Source: Mytilus californianus (taxonomy: Eukaryota). Taken from it: DNA of 64,000 bases. A model generated the notes under the pieces. The model was not told the origin of the DNA and did no database searches. It saw only the letters and a program-made list of their open reading frames with translations. Where the stretch lies: positions 125,240,001 through 125,304,000 of the forward strand of contig NW_026262581.1 of NCBI RefSeq assembly GCF_021869535.1, read 5' to 3'. Position numbers and translations under genes: made by a program. Of this stretch, positions 12,693 to 24,692 are shown piece by piece. Within the stretch, counting starts at the first letter, position 1; each line of letters starts with the position of its first letter.

Positions 12693-13623
12693 CTACAAAG
12701 TATATAATTATTTATATTACAATTTCTATTTATATATTTATATATATATCCCTTAACTCATTGATAGTTCCCTATCCACAATTATCTGAGCTACTGCAAC
12801 AGTTTAACTAGTTAATTCAATTACCAATTCAAAAAATTAGAAAAGCAAAGATCTACATCATTGGATATTTTTACCCTTTAGATATTTAACTGCATGTTGA
12901 TCAACAACACAAAAGGACTTGGGTTTTTAGTTAGTTGTTGAAATACACTTCATAGGATTGAAGGAACTAATGATTGAAGATGAAGTGAATGAATAGACAC
13001 ACTACTATTAATCAACTAGGTCACCTGCTCCCCTGTTTGAATATATATGACAAAGCCAAAGTCACTGTTTTCCTATGGAAGTTCCCCAAAACCATTCAGA
13101 CAAGCAAAAATAAAACAGGAGGTGCAAATATTCATATTTGTTCTATGAAGAAAATAAATGGCTAGCAGACGAAAAACCTATTGATATGCACTACAATTGT
13201 TTTTTCTTCAATTCAAGAAAAATAAGATGCACCTTATATTTAATGATCTTTTAATCCATTGTGATTGGTGATTGGTTGATTGGTTATTTTATTGACTGGT
13301 TGATTGATTTGTTGATTGTTTGATTGATTAACTTACTGGTTGGTTGATTGATTGGTTGATTCATTAACCAATCAATACATATCAAGAAGACAATGAATAT
13401 TCAATTATTTGGACAACTGAGGAACAACACATAAACATGATAAAAGAGTATGTGCTCCTGGTTGTGATTATTTCTTTCATGTTCATGTTCTGTAACATTC
13501 ACACATGCATAATACAATATAACTCCAACTGAGTTTGCTTAAATGTACATTCCCAAAAATGAAAGGAGAGATTCTTAGTATCAAAAACTTGTTCTTGTGA
13601 TAATACAGTTACAAAATACCCAC

Positions 13624-13725
13624 CAAGAGAGAGACCAATGTTTTTAGGATCCTGTGATGTCTGGTAAGCACCAACTCCCATTAATCCACCACAAACCACA
13701 CCAGCAGCAAGAGAAGGAATACTTC
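13624..13725 (-). CDS. TMEM14C: TMEM14-family coding exon 2 ([34 protein letters not shown])
   Basis: Acceptor ttcatag, donor G|GTGGGT, 102 nt, phase 1-1. Contains the GS.PSL.AG and GAYQ.SQDP motifs typical of TMEM14. Confidence 0.92.
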
Positions 13726-14132
13726 CTATGAATAAAACAATTCTCAATTAAAAACTGAATAAACTTAAAATAAAAAATATCAGCAGTTCTTGATGTTGTG
13801 TTAATACATATTTATTGAATGGCAAAAATTTGTTGTATTTTCAAGATAAAAGATTATCCCAACAAACATGACAAACATATAATTCTTTATATATCACAAC
13901 AATGCTGTGTTGCTTATGTGTTTTTAATTGATGATAGTCCAATATTATAAAGTCCCATTCCCTGTAATCGATCTCTCTTAATACTTTCGTTAAAGTAGCC
14001 ATTGTAGTGCAGTGAATGTTTGGACTTTGATTTTTAAGAAAAAGATTGCTATTAATTTCTCCCTTCATTCTATGTTTTTCTTTTAACAATAGATTTTTTT
14101 TTATGGACTGATAATATTTTTTATTAAAAAAC

Positions 14133-14263
14133 CACAGGCACTTTTCTCTGTTTAAAAAATCCTATATTAAGGTCCATTGATTAAGGCAGAGACATATAAT
14201 TGTATTATATGTCTCTGATTAAGGTATATAGGATTTTTTTTTTCAAAGACATTAGTGCCTGTG
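14133..14263. mobile_element. Small fold-back MITE (cacaggcact TIR family) carrying a nested 31-bp hairpin insertion
   Basis: cacaggcact/agtgcctgtg ends and inner aaaaaatcctatat/atataggatttttt IR. Confidence 0.6.
14187..14217. mobile_element. 31-bp hairpin micro-MITE with 7-bp TSD
   Basis: cagagacatataa-ttgta-ttatatgtctctg flanked by attaagg at 14180-14186 and 14218-14224. Confidence 0.7.
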
Positions 14264-14710
14264 TAAAAAACACTGATAAACAAAAAGTAGAGTAATTACA
14301 ATATAGATATTAATACATTTAAGAGAGACAAAGCACTTGACAGTTAACATTGTCATAAAAACACAGATTAGAAGATTAGACCTTGTCCTAGATTTTGACT
14401 TTTGATATGCCAGAATCCATGTGCAGGTTACATGAAAGACTTGAATGGAACCTCAAAATTATGCATATGATCCATGTCATGTCAGCTGTTGGTATTCATA
14501 TTATCAAGTTTATTTGAGGTCCTTGTTAGTCAGTCCACGATATACACATCGACATGTGTATATACTCCAGTCACACTCAAATAAATTGTCAAATGACAAA
14601 AAAGCTCAAGAGGATGGACGTGTTTGTTTCACATTTTCAAATGGGGATATTAATGTGTGTCATTCTTATTGAAGACGATTTTGATGTAGGAAATGGCCGA
14701 ATATATCAAC

Positions 14711-14783
14711 CTGCTCTAATATAACCAAGCAATCCGCCTGCTGTCACTGTTAAAGCGTAAGCAATGCTGACAAAATCGGTCAT
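14711..14783 (-). CDS. TMEM14C: TMEM14-family transmembrane protein, coding exon 1 (MTDFVSIAYALTVTAGGLLGYIRA+G); an in-frame upstream ATG at 14807 would add MSTNQKEN
   Basis: ATG at 14783, donor G|GTTGAT at 14710. The peptide matches the TMEM14 N-terminal pattern (D..Y...V..GG..GY..AGS). Four exons join in frame to a 101-aa, three-helix protein. The paralogue letter (C) is tentative. Confidence 0.9.
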
Positions 14784-14851
14784 GTTTTCCTTCTGGTTTG
14801 TCGACATGGTTATCTTCCCCTTGTCACAATCAGGGGACATAATTAAACACC

Positions 14852-14893
14852 ATGACAAGTGCAAGTTCAAGTTTCCCAGTGAAAACAAAACAG
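14852..14893 (+). CDS. PSMG3: Proteasome assembly chaperone 3, coding exon 1 (MTSASSSFPVKTKQ)
   Basis: ATG at 14852, donor CAG|GTAAAC, 42 nt, phase 0. Joins in frame to the 18149 exon. FPVKTKQ corresponds to the PAC3 N-terminal strand. Confidence 0.8.
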
Positions 14894-16210
14894 GTAAACA
14901 GGTTAGACTAAGACAATTGATAGTCTTCAGCATAATATAAACTCTTTGTGTAAGGTTTATGAATCTTAGGAATGCTAAAATAAAGGCAAACTGTTCTTGA
15001 TATTTCTATGGAAGACAATTACTGTCATGGTCATGCTCAACAAACCACTGTGTTCTTTCTTCAGGTTGAGGCAATTTTTTTTTGTATATCAATGGTTATG
15101 ACTAAAAGCATATTAAATATCATGTATCAAAATAAATAAAATACAGGTTGTTCCTCCTTAGCACTAAGCTCACTCTATTCCTGTGCTCTACCTCATATTG
15201 ATTAATGTGTTACAGTGTACGTTGGGTTTTAAGAAACTTTGTGTTGAAAGACACAGAATTGTCTGAAGTATTTTTGTTTATCAATCTAATTAAAATTAAA
15301 TCTTTGCAGTCACAATGCGTTCAAGCATAAAAAAATGAGCAAATGCAGAGATTTAATTTTAATTATATAGTGTGATTATTTGTTCATATTTTTTTTCTTC
15401 ATTGTCATTGCTTTCTCCTGATGTGACCATGCATAATAATTTTGTACTTATTGATTTTGTTGCAATGTGTAGCAAATTTCCAGACAAAAAATAATTCATT
15501 AGAAAATGAGAACACTTTACAACAAATATTTAACCAAATAAGCATAGGAAAATTCCGCTTAGTTGATTAAAATTCAATCAGAAGTAACCTCACAATAATG
15601 TTTTGAAAAAAGAGATTTTATATGAAATATATACTTTATCTAAAAATCTGGAAATAAGGAGAAGTTCAAAGATAATAAATGCAAATTAGCCATACATATA
15701 CCATGTATACTTATTTTGAGTGGTATAGTTTATAGATGTTATTTGTATTATCTGGTTCTGTCCTGTCCTTATATAACAGTTATTGTAAAACTGTGTTGTT
15801 TTCTTGTATGTTTCTCAATTGATGTCGAATCTTATTGTATTTGTATGTAATGTGATAAAAGCTCTTTATAGGGCCCTTCAATTGGAAAATAAAATATTCT
15901 TATTCTTATTCTTATACTTTGGCAAAAAATTGTAGATGATGAATACTTATTGCATAACTTCAATGGGAAACAATTCCAATGTTGGTGTTACTACATGTAG
16001 GTTCTTAGGTGATATAAGAATTAAATCATTTGGAGGATTTTTATGGATGCTACCTAAACACTGACATATTAAATATGCTATATAGATATAATCAAAGTAC
16101 TGAAGTACTGAACATCAGATAACCGCAAGTTCTGGTGGACAGTCACAGGCACTTGTCTCAGAAAAAATAAAATATCTCTATACCTGAAAGTTAGGTTAAG
16201 GTACATAGAT

Positions 16211-17191
16211 TATTATGCCCCCGCCGTAGCGGAGGGGGCATTAAGTTTTACCCTTGTCCGTCCGTACGTCCCGAAATTGGTTTCCGTTCTCTAACTTGAG
16301 TTTGCCTCAACCAAATGTTATGAAACTTATACACAATGCTTATTACCATAAAACACAGATCAAGTTTGAATTTTGGTGGTGTCACTTTAACCAATCTAGA
16401 GTTATGCCCCTTTATAAAAGGAAAAATTGCAAAATTTTTATTTTCTTCTAAATATCAAGTTTATATAATATATTTTTTAAATTGGAGTTATCTTCCTTTG
16501 ACCATGATTATAGTTGAATCAACTACAATCAATGCTTTATACAACGCAATGTTTAATTTTGACTTCCACTGATAAAACACAGATCAAGTTGAATTTGGGT
16601 AGTGTCACTTTAACCATTATTGAGTTATGCCCCTTTATAAATAGAAAGATTGCAAATTTTTTAGTTTCCATTCTGTAACTGAAGTTTTCCCCAGCCAAAC
16701 ATTATGAAACCTATACACAATATTCATTACCACAAAACTCAGTAAGGATCAAGTACAATTTTTTTGTTTCAGTTCTCTAACTTGAGTTTGCCTCAACAAA
16801 ATGTTATGAAACTTATACACAATGCTTATTACTACATAATACAGATTAAGTACGAAATTAGGTGGCAACACTTTTACCATTCTAGAGTTATGTCCCTTTA
16901 TAAACATAAAAATTGCTGAATTTTTTAGTTTGTCTCAACCAAATGTTGTAAAACTTATACACAACCGTTCTAGAGTTATGCGTGTTTACAAATAGAAAAA
17001 TTGCTGAATTTTTAGTTTCTGTTCTCTACTTAAGTTAGCCTCAACCAAATGTTATGAGACTTACACACAATGCATATTACCACAAAACTCAGATCAAGTT
17101 CAAATTTGGGTAGCGTCACTTTTACCGTTCTTCAGTTATGTCCCTTTATAACTATATGATATGCAAGCGGGGGCATCATCTGTGTCCACAT
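16211..17191 (+). mobile_element. HINE-like element (atgcccccgc subTIR family) with internal tandem units
   Basis: 5' atgcccccgccgtagcggagggggcat, tccg microsatellite, repeated ccaaatgttatgaaacttatacacaatg units, 3' gcgggggcat. Second copy at 51760-52348 (-). Confidence 0.75.
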
Positions 17192-18148
17192 TTATTTTTT
17201 CTGAGACAAGTTCCTGTGTGGATGATGAATAAATGACAGAGAATTCAACCTCACCGTAATAATTATTATATTGTAGTGATATAATCATGGGACAATCATT
17301 TGTTATCAGTATAATCTGGTTTGTTGTTATATATTATATTAATATTTGTACAACAGTTATATATATAGCAGATCATCTTAATAACCCTACCGGCAAATTT
17401 TCATCCATTTATACCATCATTCTATTCTATTACAATGTATTCTAATGATAGTGCAGTGCAAGTGCATGGTGGACACTCTTCTGTAATAATTCGTTTTTCT
17501 AATAGGTTTGATTTTAGTAGGCATTCATATTTCTCCCGCTAATGAATATGTATTGATGAAATTAATATATAACAAGCGATAAGTGATATTCATCCGCAAA
17601 CACAATTTTTCGGTACGTGTGCATAGATATTAATGATTTTTTTACTTATATATATATATTTCTCAGGACAAAACATTTTCATATTTATTTATGTTCTTAA
17701 AAAATATTTTCATGAGTATTCATTGAAGAAATGAATTTATTACAAGAGATGAGGAATGTTATTTTGCACTCGATGATATCCGCGTATTTATACAAAACAC
17801 GTTCGGTTATCAGTCAAAAACGCAAGTCATGTGGGTAGAAATGTCTGCGGCAACATAACACAGGAATGCCCTCAAGGTCATCCGCTGTAAAAATTGAAAC
17901 CCTTTAAGTAGTAAGTATACAATATAAGATTGTGTACAAAGGGCAATAACCCTAACTCTAATTCAATTTAACAAACACTGGAAGTCTGAAATATAAATAT
18001 TGAAAAATAAAGACTGAATTAAAATGAAAACTATAACTCTTTTATCCATGATGAAAAAAATAAAATAAAAATACTATCTTTTCAGGAATGAAAAATAGAT
18101 ATTCAAAATTCTTTAGTCTTGATAAAGGTTTAGTTAAATTTGTTTCAG

Positions 18149-18250
18149 ACAACAGAATTAATTGGTGGACACAATACACAGGTTCTCTGCAGCCATTTTA
18201 GTGATAAGCTATTTATTATAGTCACACAGCTTAACAAGATTGGAAATTTG
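18149..18250 (+). CDS. PSMG3: PSMG3 coding exon 2 (TTELIGGHNTQVLCSHFSDKLFIIVTQLNKIGNL)
   Basis: Acceptor tgtttcag, donor TTG|GTAAGT, 102 nt. Aligns by eye to human PAC3 KTEVVCGVPTQVVCTAFSSHILVVVTQFGKMGTL (recalled sequence). Confidence 0.9.
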
Positions 18251-18913
18251 GTAAGTTAAATTCATACCACTGAGTATAGATAAACTATATGTGTAAGCAG
18301 TACAAAAAACTGTATATTGAAAATAGAAATATCAGCACATTGTTAATACATGTAATAAAAAGGAATACTGAATATTATTGCTAGTTTCAATACATGGGCT
18401 TGATAACTCAGAATTTATAACCAGGGTAAACCTTTGCCATCTCTTGGCGTCTACAGTGCATCAGAAATTCCTTTACAATTTAAAATCAAGGCATAAGAAA
18501 ACACGCATCAATTATTTCAGGGGATAACCAAATTTATTAGCCTTAGCATGCACCCCTTTTAAAATTTAAGTGTTGAAAATAAGCTGATGGCCTATGTAAG
18601 TATGATTTTTGTAATGGATAATCCGCACCAGAAAGAAGGCTGAATGCTGAACCAGTTGATGATATTTGTTGACTAAAACATAAATATTTAGGTTATTAAG
18701 CATAATTTTATTTTAATACCATCTTATCTGCTATAAGAAAATATTTTTATACATTACTAGTCTGATACAATATCTTTGATATTTTTCACTAGGAATAGCA
18801 TCAAATGATTCATCCAGAAGTCTTAGATGCTCACCACTTGTATTAAATGAAACAAAGTATTACACAGAAAGCACTTGAAATAATAGTTGGTTTTGATTTT
18901 ATTTATTGAATAG

Positions 18914-19000
18914 ATAGAAGTACAAAGAGATGTGGTGTTAGACGAAGAAGCAGGAAGACAACCAATGTATTCAACACGAGTTCTACTAGGCGTTGATGAG
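18914..19000 (+). CDS. PSMG3: PSMG3 coding exon 3 (IEVQRDVVLDEEAGRQPMYSTRVLLGVDE)
   Basis: Acceptor ttattgaatag, donor GAG|GTAATG, 87 nt, phase 0. Carries the PAC3 motif T.VLLG.DE. Confidence 0.9.
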
Positions 19001-19314
19001 GTAATGTAAAGACGCATAAAGCCATGGTAACTTAAGCTTTCTTTTTGTGTACAAGGGCAAGAAGTTGTTTTTATCACAAAACTCAGTATTTTTAGCAGAC
19101 TTTACCGTTTTCACCACCTAAAAAAACACCTCCAAACACAAGAACCTGCTTCTTTTATTACAAATCCATAAAATTCATAAAATCATAACTTGGCTAAATA
19201 TTTTTGCAATTTAGATTTTAAATGTAGGAGATTTTGGCTGTTCCTGTTTAGGCCTTCAATAGTTTTGATGGTTTTTAATGTTTTGATATGTTTGACTTTC
19301 CAAACACTTACCCT

Positions 19315-19600
19315 GACCTGGTCAAATGAAAAACTTTTGTATTGGTATTTGCTGCAGCATTAAGGAGTAAGAGCAAAGACTGGTCAGCTTGGAGTCAGAA
19401 TAATGTGTCCAGGTAAGGTGATATGTCTTCCTGCAGACTTTTACCTTGTGAACTGCCACGTTAAAAATCCGGCTCAGCTTGTCGGTCTAGTACAAAGCAG
19501 GGTTAATATTCGTATTACATTAACATGTTCTCGTCCTGAATATGCATATTAATTTGCTGCTGGACGTTAAGCAGCCATCCCTCATCATCATCCTCAAAAC
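19315..19600 (+). mobile_element. SINE fragment resembling mollusc Nin-domain SINEs
   Basis: ggtatttgctgc..gcagcattaaggagtaagagcaaagactgg...aataatgtgtcc...ggtctagtacaaagc... with a (cat)n-like tail. Family name is from recall. A diverged inverted fragment lies at about 21580-21710. Confidence 0.5.
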
Positions 19601-19638
19601 ACTGATGATGACATGCACACTGAAATCTGTATCATACA

Positions 19639-20470
19639 TTTATTGTCCTCCGCGTAACGTGCTGCGGGGACATGAAAATAGCAGGTGTCCATCCGGTTTT
19701 GTAAGCGCTCTCACATGAACAATTCCTGCAAGATTTTTATGAAACTTATATCATAGATTTATATCAGCAATATCTTGGAGGAGTTCGAAAATCAGTGCGG
19801 ATAAACAATTTTAAAAGAGTTATGCCCCTTGGACACATTAATTTTATGGAAAATTGCATCGTTAGCGCTGTCATGTGTACAATTCTTGTTAGACTTTTAT
19901 GAAACTTATATCATAGGTTTATATTAGCAATGTCTTGGACAAGTTCGAAAATCAGTGCTGATCAATTATTTTTAAAAGAGTTATGCCCCTTGGAAACATT
20001 AATTATATGGAAAATTACATTGTTAGCACTCTTAATTTGTACAATTCTTGCCAGATTTTTATGAAACTTATATCATAGGTTTATATGAGCAATGTCTTTA
20101 ACGAGTTTCGGAAATCAGTACTGACCAATTATTTTAAAAGTGTTAAGCCCCTTTAAAACATTGATTTTATGGAAAATTGCATTGTAAATGCTCTCGCATG
20201 TACAATTTTTGCAGATTTTTATCAAATTCATATCAAAGGTATATAACAGCAATGTCTCAGACAATTTTAAAAATAAGAGCCCATCGAATATTTTTAAAGA
20301 GTTTCCCTTGGAAATATTAAATATATCGGAAATTGTTCTCAAGTCTTCAACTCTCTAGTAAGATCATTTTAAAAAGTTTTAAAGAACAAAAACATTTTTT
20401 TTTTGTTATTGTCCTTGGACAGAACAGTTAAAATATGTGCAAGACGGGGGACATTGGAACTCTGTTCTCT
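19639..20470 (+). mobile_element. HINE-like element with about four 160-bp internal repeats
   Basis: 5' tgtcctccgc...gcggggaca, 3' gacgggggaca. The unit ttttatgaaacttatatcatag recurs at about 19735, 19894, 20057 and 20217. Confidence 0.7.
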
Positions 20471-21579
20471 TATATTGCTATTGATTTGATAAAAAGATTA
20501 ATTTGTTCTGTTGTTTGTTTTCCATGTAGGCCTAATTTTATTGCTTTTATATACTGTAAACAGGGAAACTTTTGCGGCAGTTTTATTATTCGCTAATTTA
20601 GCGGTAAGAGGTGAAACGCAAAAAATAAAAGGAACTGGTGCGAATTTTTCAAGGAAAATCAATTTAAAGGATGAGGACCATACATGAACCTATACCAATA
20701 GGTTTATGAACTGGAGCAATTTATAAAAACAATTTTACAGACTTTTTTTAATAAATAAAGGGCAGCATCAGAAATCAAAACTTTAACTCATGACAGTCGA
20801 ATTCAAATGAAAGTCATCTCGAGCAAGTGCAAATTATTGATATTGTTATTAAACAACACCCGTGACAGTTAAGTTAATGACACATTTTAATAATTTTTGA
20901 ACTAATTACCATATTGCATCTGCTACAGAGATTATTATGATCAAAAGATTAATTACTTGAAATCCTCAAAGCTTAAGTAGACAATTCTTCTCTTTTATTT
21001 GTTTTTGTGTTTTTACAAGCAAACATAAATATAGAGGTTTAATTTAACTTACTAGTAATATCAATCAAATAACTTTATATTTTAAATTCATGAACTGACA
21101 ATATCTGTTCACTTTGTCCAGACACTTGATTTACGATACATGTACCACTTTTATAAGTGTTTCAACGTCATTTATTAAAATTTGTAAAGGACCCTTTCAT
21201 TGTGAATTTAAAACATCACGAATTAAGATTCAGATGACAAATCGCGAAAAAAGACGGCCCAAAAATTTGCTGGTTTACAGTAGACGACTTTTAGATACAT
21301 GGATTTTACGATACATTTCCTTTGTCACAAAGCTTATGTTTGTATTACTTCACAGCATGAACCCATTTTTCAATGACTTTGTTTATGCTGATTGACCGCA
21401 GGTCATTCGATGTAACTCATTCATAAAAACAACTGGGCTAGGATTGTTGGTTGATCAATGAGTGCTGAATATCCATGACCAAGTATTTTATGCATATTTG
21501 GGACAATAACATATGTCAAAAGAATAAAGCCTGATTTGTACTAGTTAATCCTACATGATGTGTAGATTTTTAAAAATCA

Positions 21580-21710
21580 AGCTTGCAAAGCATAGTCATT
21601 GACCTCACTCCTTATACTGCATGCTATAGAGAAACTGCAAATACTTACTTTGAGGTCTTTGGTTTGACCTACCAGGAGATCAAGACATGACCTCTTGCAA
21701 TTGCATACTA
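21580..21710 (-). mobile_element. Diverged SINE fragment (same family as 19315-19600)
   Basis: Reverse complement reads ggtcaaaccaaagac...gtatttgcagtttctc..agcatgcagtataaggagtgagg. Confidence 0.45.
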
Positions 21711-22896
21711 CAATTTATAAACCACAGAAGAGTTTCCTGCTTTCATTGAAGATTATTTAACTCTAATATTACCACAGCAACATATACATGTATTCTATAC
21801 ATTTACATAAGCGATAGATTCTTATATCAGCTTTGAATTCTAAAATATTTTACACCTGCAATGACTTGTTTACTTTTCTACACCAAGGCACTTTTTTGCT
21901 GAACCATTGAAGTTTCATTCAGCCTCACATTCATACAATTATTTAAATGTGAATCCTTAGAAAAAAACTTGCTCTCGACAATTACCACCAACGATTCATT
22001 TCTAAGTACTAAGTACTGACCCTGAAAATCTGTGCACAAAAGTACTATGGGAATTGCACATGGTTGTGTCGTTCTGCACCGTTAGTGAAGTTATTCTATG
22101 AAATCTAATTAGGTAATAGATTATAAGGGAAGATGACTTCTTTATCAACAGATTCTGTACTTTGCAGGTGTTCTTTGATTATTTTGTATTGAATAAAAGT
22201 ATATGTACATTTTATTATTTTTCATTATGGAGTGAACGCCATCTGTAAAGGATAATACTATTTTTATAAAAAACAAATTTGTTGACTAGTTTTTATAGTG
22301 AGATTTGACTCTGTACCTTTGTGCTATTCTACAATTAGGATAACTGGGGGAAGAATTAGTACTTATACTAACAAATCTAATCATCCCATGTGCCTGTCAT
22401 AATTCCCACATCTTTTCAGTAAGTGGCATTTTGTCTAAATGATTTTGTATAATTAATTTTCTTAATGTCAGTCTTATCTACCATTGAAGTTAAATATTGA
22501 CATGTTGATGGCTTTTTGTTTGATGGTGTTGTTGGGTTGCTTTCTCATTGATGTTCACCCCTAATCTTATTTTAATGATAAGAAATGGCTGTAAGAATTT
22601 GTGGATTGTCCGTGTATGCTGATGTAGAAAATAGAATATCTTTCTATTTACTCTATCTATGGTATATATATGCTAATTGATGACAATGTATGTCATGACT
22701 TGTCTCCCATCTACCTCCTTGCTATATTAAATCTTATTGTTATGAACAGATGAGGACTTGTTCTTGTTCTTGGCAGATTTTACCAACAATGATCATCCTA
22801 ATACTTTTAAAATGAGTCAATATCAGCCATTTAAGTAAAACTGATGGAAAAAAAGAAAGAAAATAAAGATAAAGATTTTCAAGAAATTCAGAAATA

Positions 22897-23302
22897 AAAC
22901 AAGCATTCTGTGAGTATTGCATGGCAATACATAGTCCCCTACCGGTTAAAATTTCATTGTATTGGAACAACGTTCTAACTTGATCTATAACTTGTCATGG
23001 TGTAAACTATATAACAAATATCAAGTCAATATCTTCAAGCATGACGAAAAAAAGTGTTGAAAACTGATTATTTAAGTGAATTTTCTTAGTCCAAGGACCA
23101 TAACTCTGCACAAAATCATCAGACCGGAACAAAATTCGTAATTGATCTGTAACTTGTCATGATAAAACTATATACAATTTTCAAATCAATATCTTCAAGC
23201 ATGAAGAAAAAAAGTGTGGAAAACTGATTTGCCGGACTGACAGACAGACAGACGGAGTGCAAACCTAAAGTCCCCTTTGACTTCGTCAGTAGGGGACTAA
23301 TA
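22897..23302 (-). mobile_element. HINE-like element (agtcccctac family), minus copy
   Basis: Reverse complement of the 23408-24162 element, with both termini present. Confidence 0.8.
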
Positions 23303-23407
23303 ACATGTCATATATTTCCTTCTCATAAAATACAACCACAGCTATTGCAAAAAAGATTACTGATTGGTTGAATTTGCATAAAATAAAAAATGCTCTCAAC
23401 ATCAGTG

Positions 23408-24162
23408 TTTATTAGTCCCCTACTGATGAAGTCAAAGGGGACTTTAGGTTTGCACTCCGTCCATCTGTCTGTCTGTCTGCCTGTCTGTCCATCCGTCAGT
23501 CAGGCAAATCAGTTTTCCGCACTTTTTTTCGTCATGCTTGAAGATATTGATTTAATATTGGGTGTATTGTTTTATCGTGACAAGTTACAGATCAAGTTCG
23601 AATTTTGTTCTGGTCGGATGATTTTGTGCAGAGTTATGGTCCTTGAACTTAGAAAATTCACTCAAATAATCAGTTTTCCACAATTTGTTTTTGGTCATGC
23701 TTGAAGATGTTGATTTGATAATTGGTATATAGCTATATCATGACAAGTAACAGATCAAGTTCGAATTTTGGTCTGGTCTGATGATTTTGTGCAGAGTTAT
23801 GGTCCTTAGACTTAGAAAATTCACTCAAATAATCAGTTTTCCTCACTTTTTTTGGTCATGCTTGATATTGAATGGATAATTGGTATATAGCTTTATCATG
23901 ATAAGTTACGGATCAAGTTGGATTTTTGTTCTGGTCTGATGATTTTTTTGCAGAGTTATGGTTCTTTGACTTATAAAATTAACTTAAATAATAAGTTTTC
24001 CACACTTTTTTTCATCATGCTTGAAGATATTGACTTGATATTTGTTATATAAATTGCACCATGACAAGTTATAGATCAAGTTAGCATTTTGTTCCAGTAC
24101 AGTGAATTTTTAACCAGTAGGGGACTATGTATTGCCATGCAATACTCTCAGAATGCTTGTTT
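23408..24162 (+). mobile_element. HINE-like element (agtcccctac family), plus copy
   Basis: 5' agtcccctactgatgaagtcaaaggggact, (tctg) microsatellite, about 150-bp tandem units, 3' cagtaggggact + perfect hairpin gtattgc-cat-gcaatac. Confidence 0.8.
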
Positions 24163-24310
24163 AAAATAAAACTTAATGTTCATAAATACTGGCTGATTTT
24201 GATGCAATATCTTTAAATTATAATCATGGGAACAATTGAGGATTGCCTGTCTTAGTCCTGAAATATTTTTAAGTCTTCAAAACCTACATGAATATCTTTG
24301 TCTTTTTCAG

Positions 24311-24457
24311 CCTTTGACCCATGTTCTTGCCAAAAATTTGCTCTCCAAAATAGACAGCACAAAACCAGTGATACTTGGAATGTCGTTGCAAGACACATCT
24401 AGAGATACAGTTGTTGCAATTAGTAATGTAGTCAAAACTGTTGTAACTGGTACTTAA
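24311..24457 (+). CDS. PSMG3: PSMG3 terminal coding exon (PLTHVLAKNLLSKIDSTKPVILGMSLQDTSRDTVVAISNVVKTVVTGT*)
   Basis: Acceptor tctttttcag, TAA at 24455-24457. Matches PAC3 PL.HV.AKNL. Assembled protein is 125 aa. Confidence 0.9.
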   Translation, partial: PLTHVLAKNLLSKIDSTKPVILGMSLQDTSRDTVVAISNVVKTVVTGT

Positions 24458-24686
24458 ATCAACTTGAGGATGTTGGTACCCAGTATACGCCCACTACCAC
24501 CAGTGGTCATCAGATGATAGTCAGTCTTTGGGTCGGATAGTAATCACCTTTATATGAACTATAACCAATTACAACTATGAAATGGCCGGGTGTATGATAA
24601 CAGACTGTGTTCTAAATTTCTAAATAGCTGTACAAAAACACATTTTAGCTGATAAAGTTATCTTTCTTTGTACAGTTACATGCAAA

Positions 24687-24692
24687 AATAAA
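24687..24692 (+). promoter_or_regulatory. Candidate polyadenylation signal of PSMG3
   Basis: AATAAA about 230 nt after the stop codon, followed by T/GT-rich sequence. AATAAA is common by chance in this AT-rich DNA. Confidence 0.4.

Noticed and set aside
14808-14933. N-terminal extension of TMEM14 suggested by ORF 14706-14933
   Set aside because: It starts at a non-ATG codon, has no TMEM14 similarity, and is the antisense of PSMG3 exon 1.
18088-18148. ATG just upstream of PSMG3 exon 2 as the PSMG3 start
   Set aside because: It is 61 nt from the exon start, so out of frame. The 14852 exon supplies the conserved FPVKTKQ.
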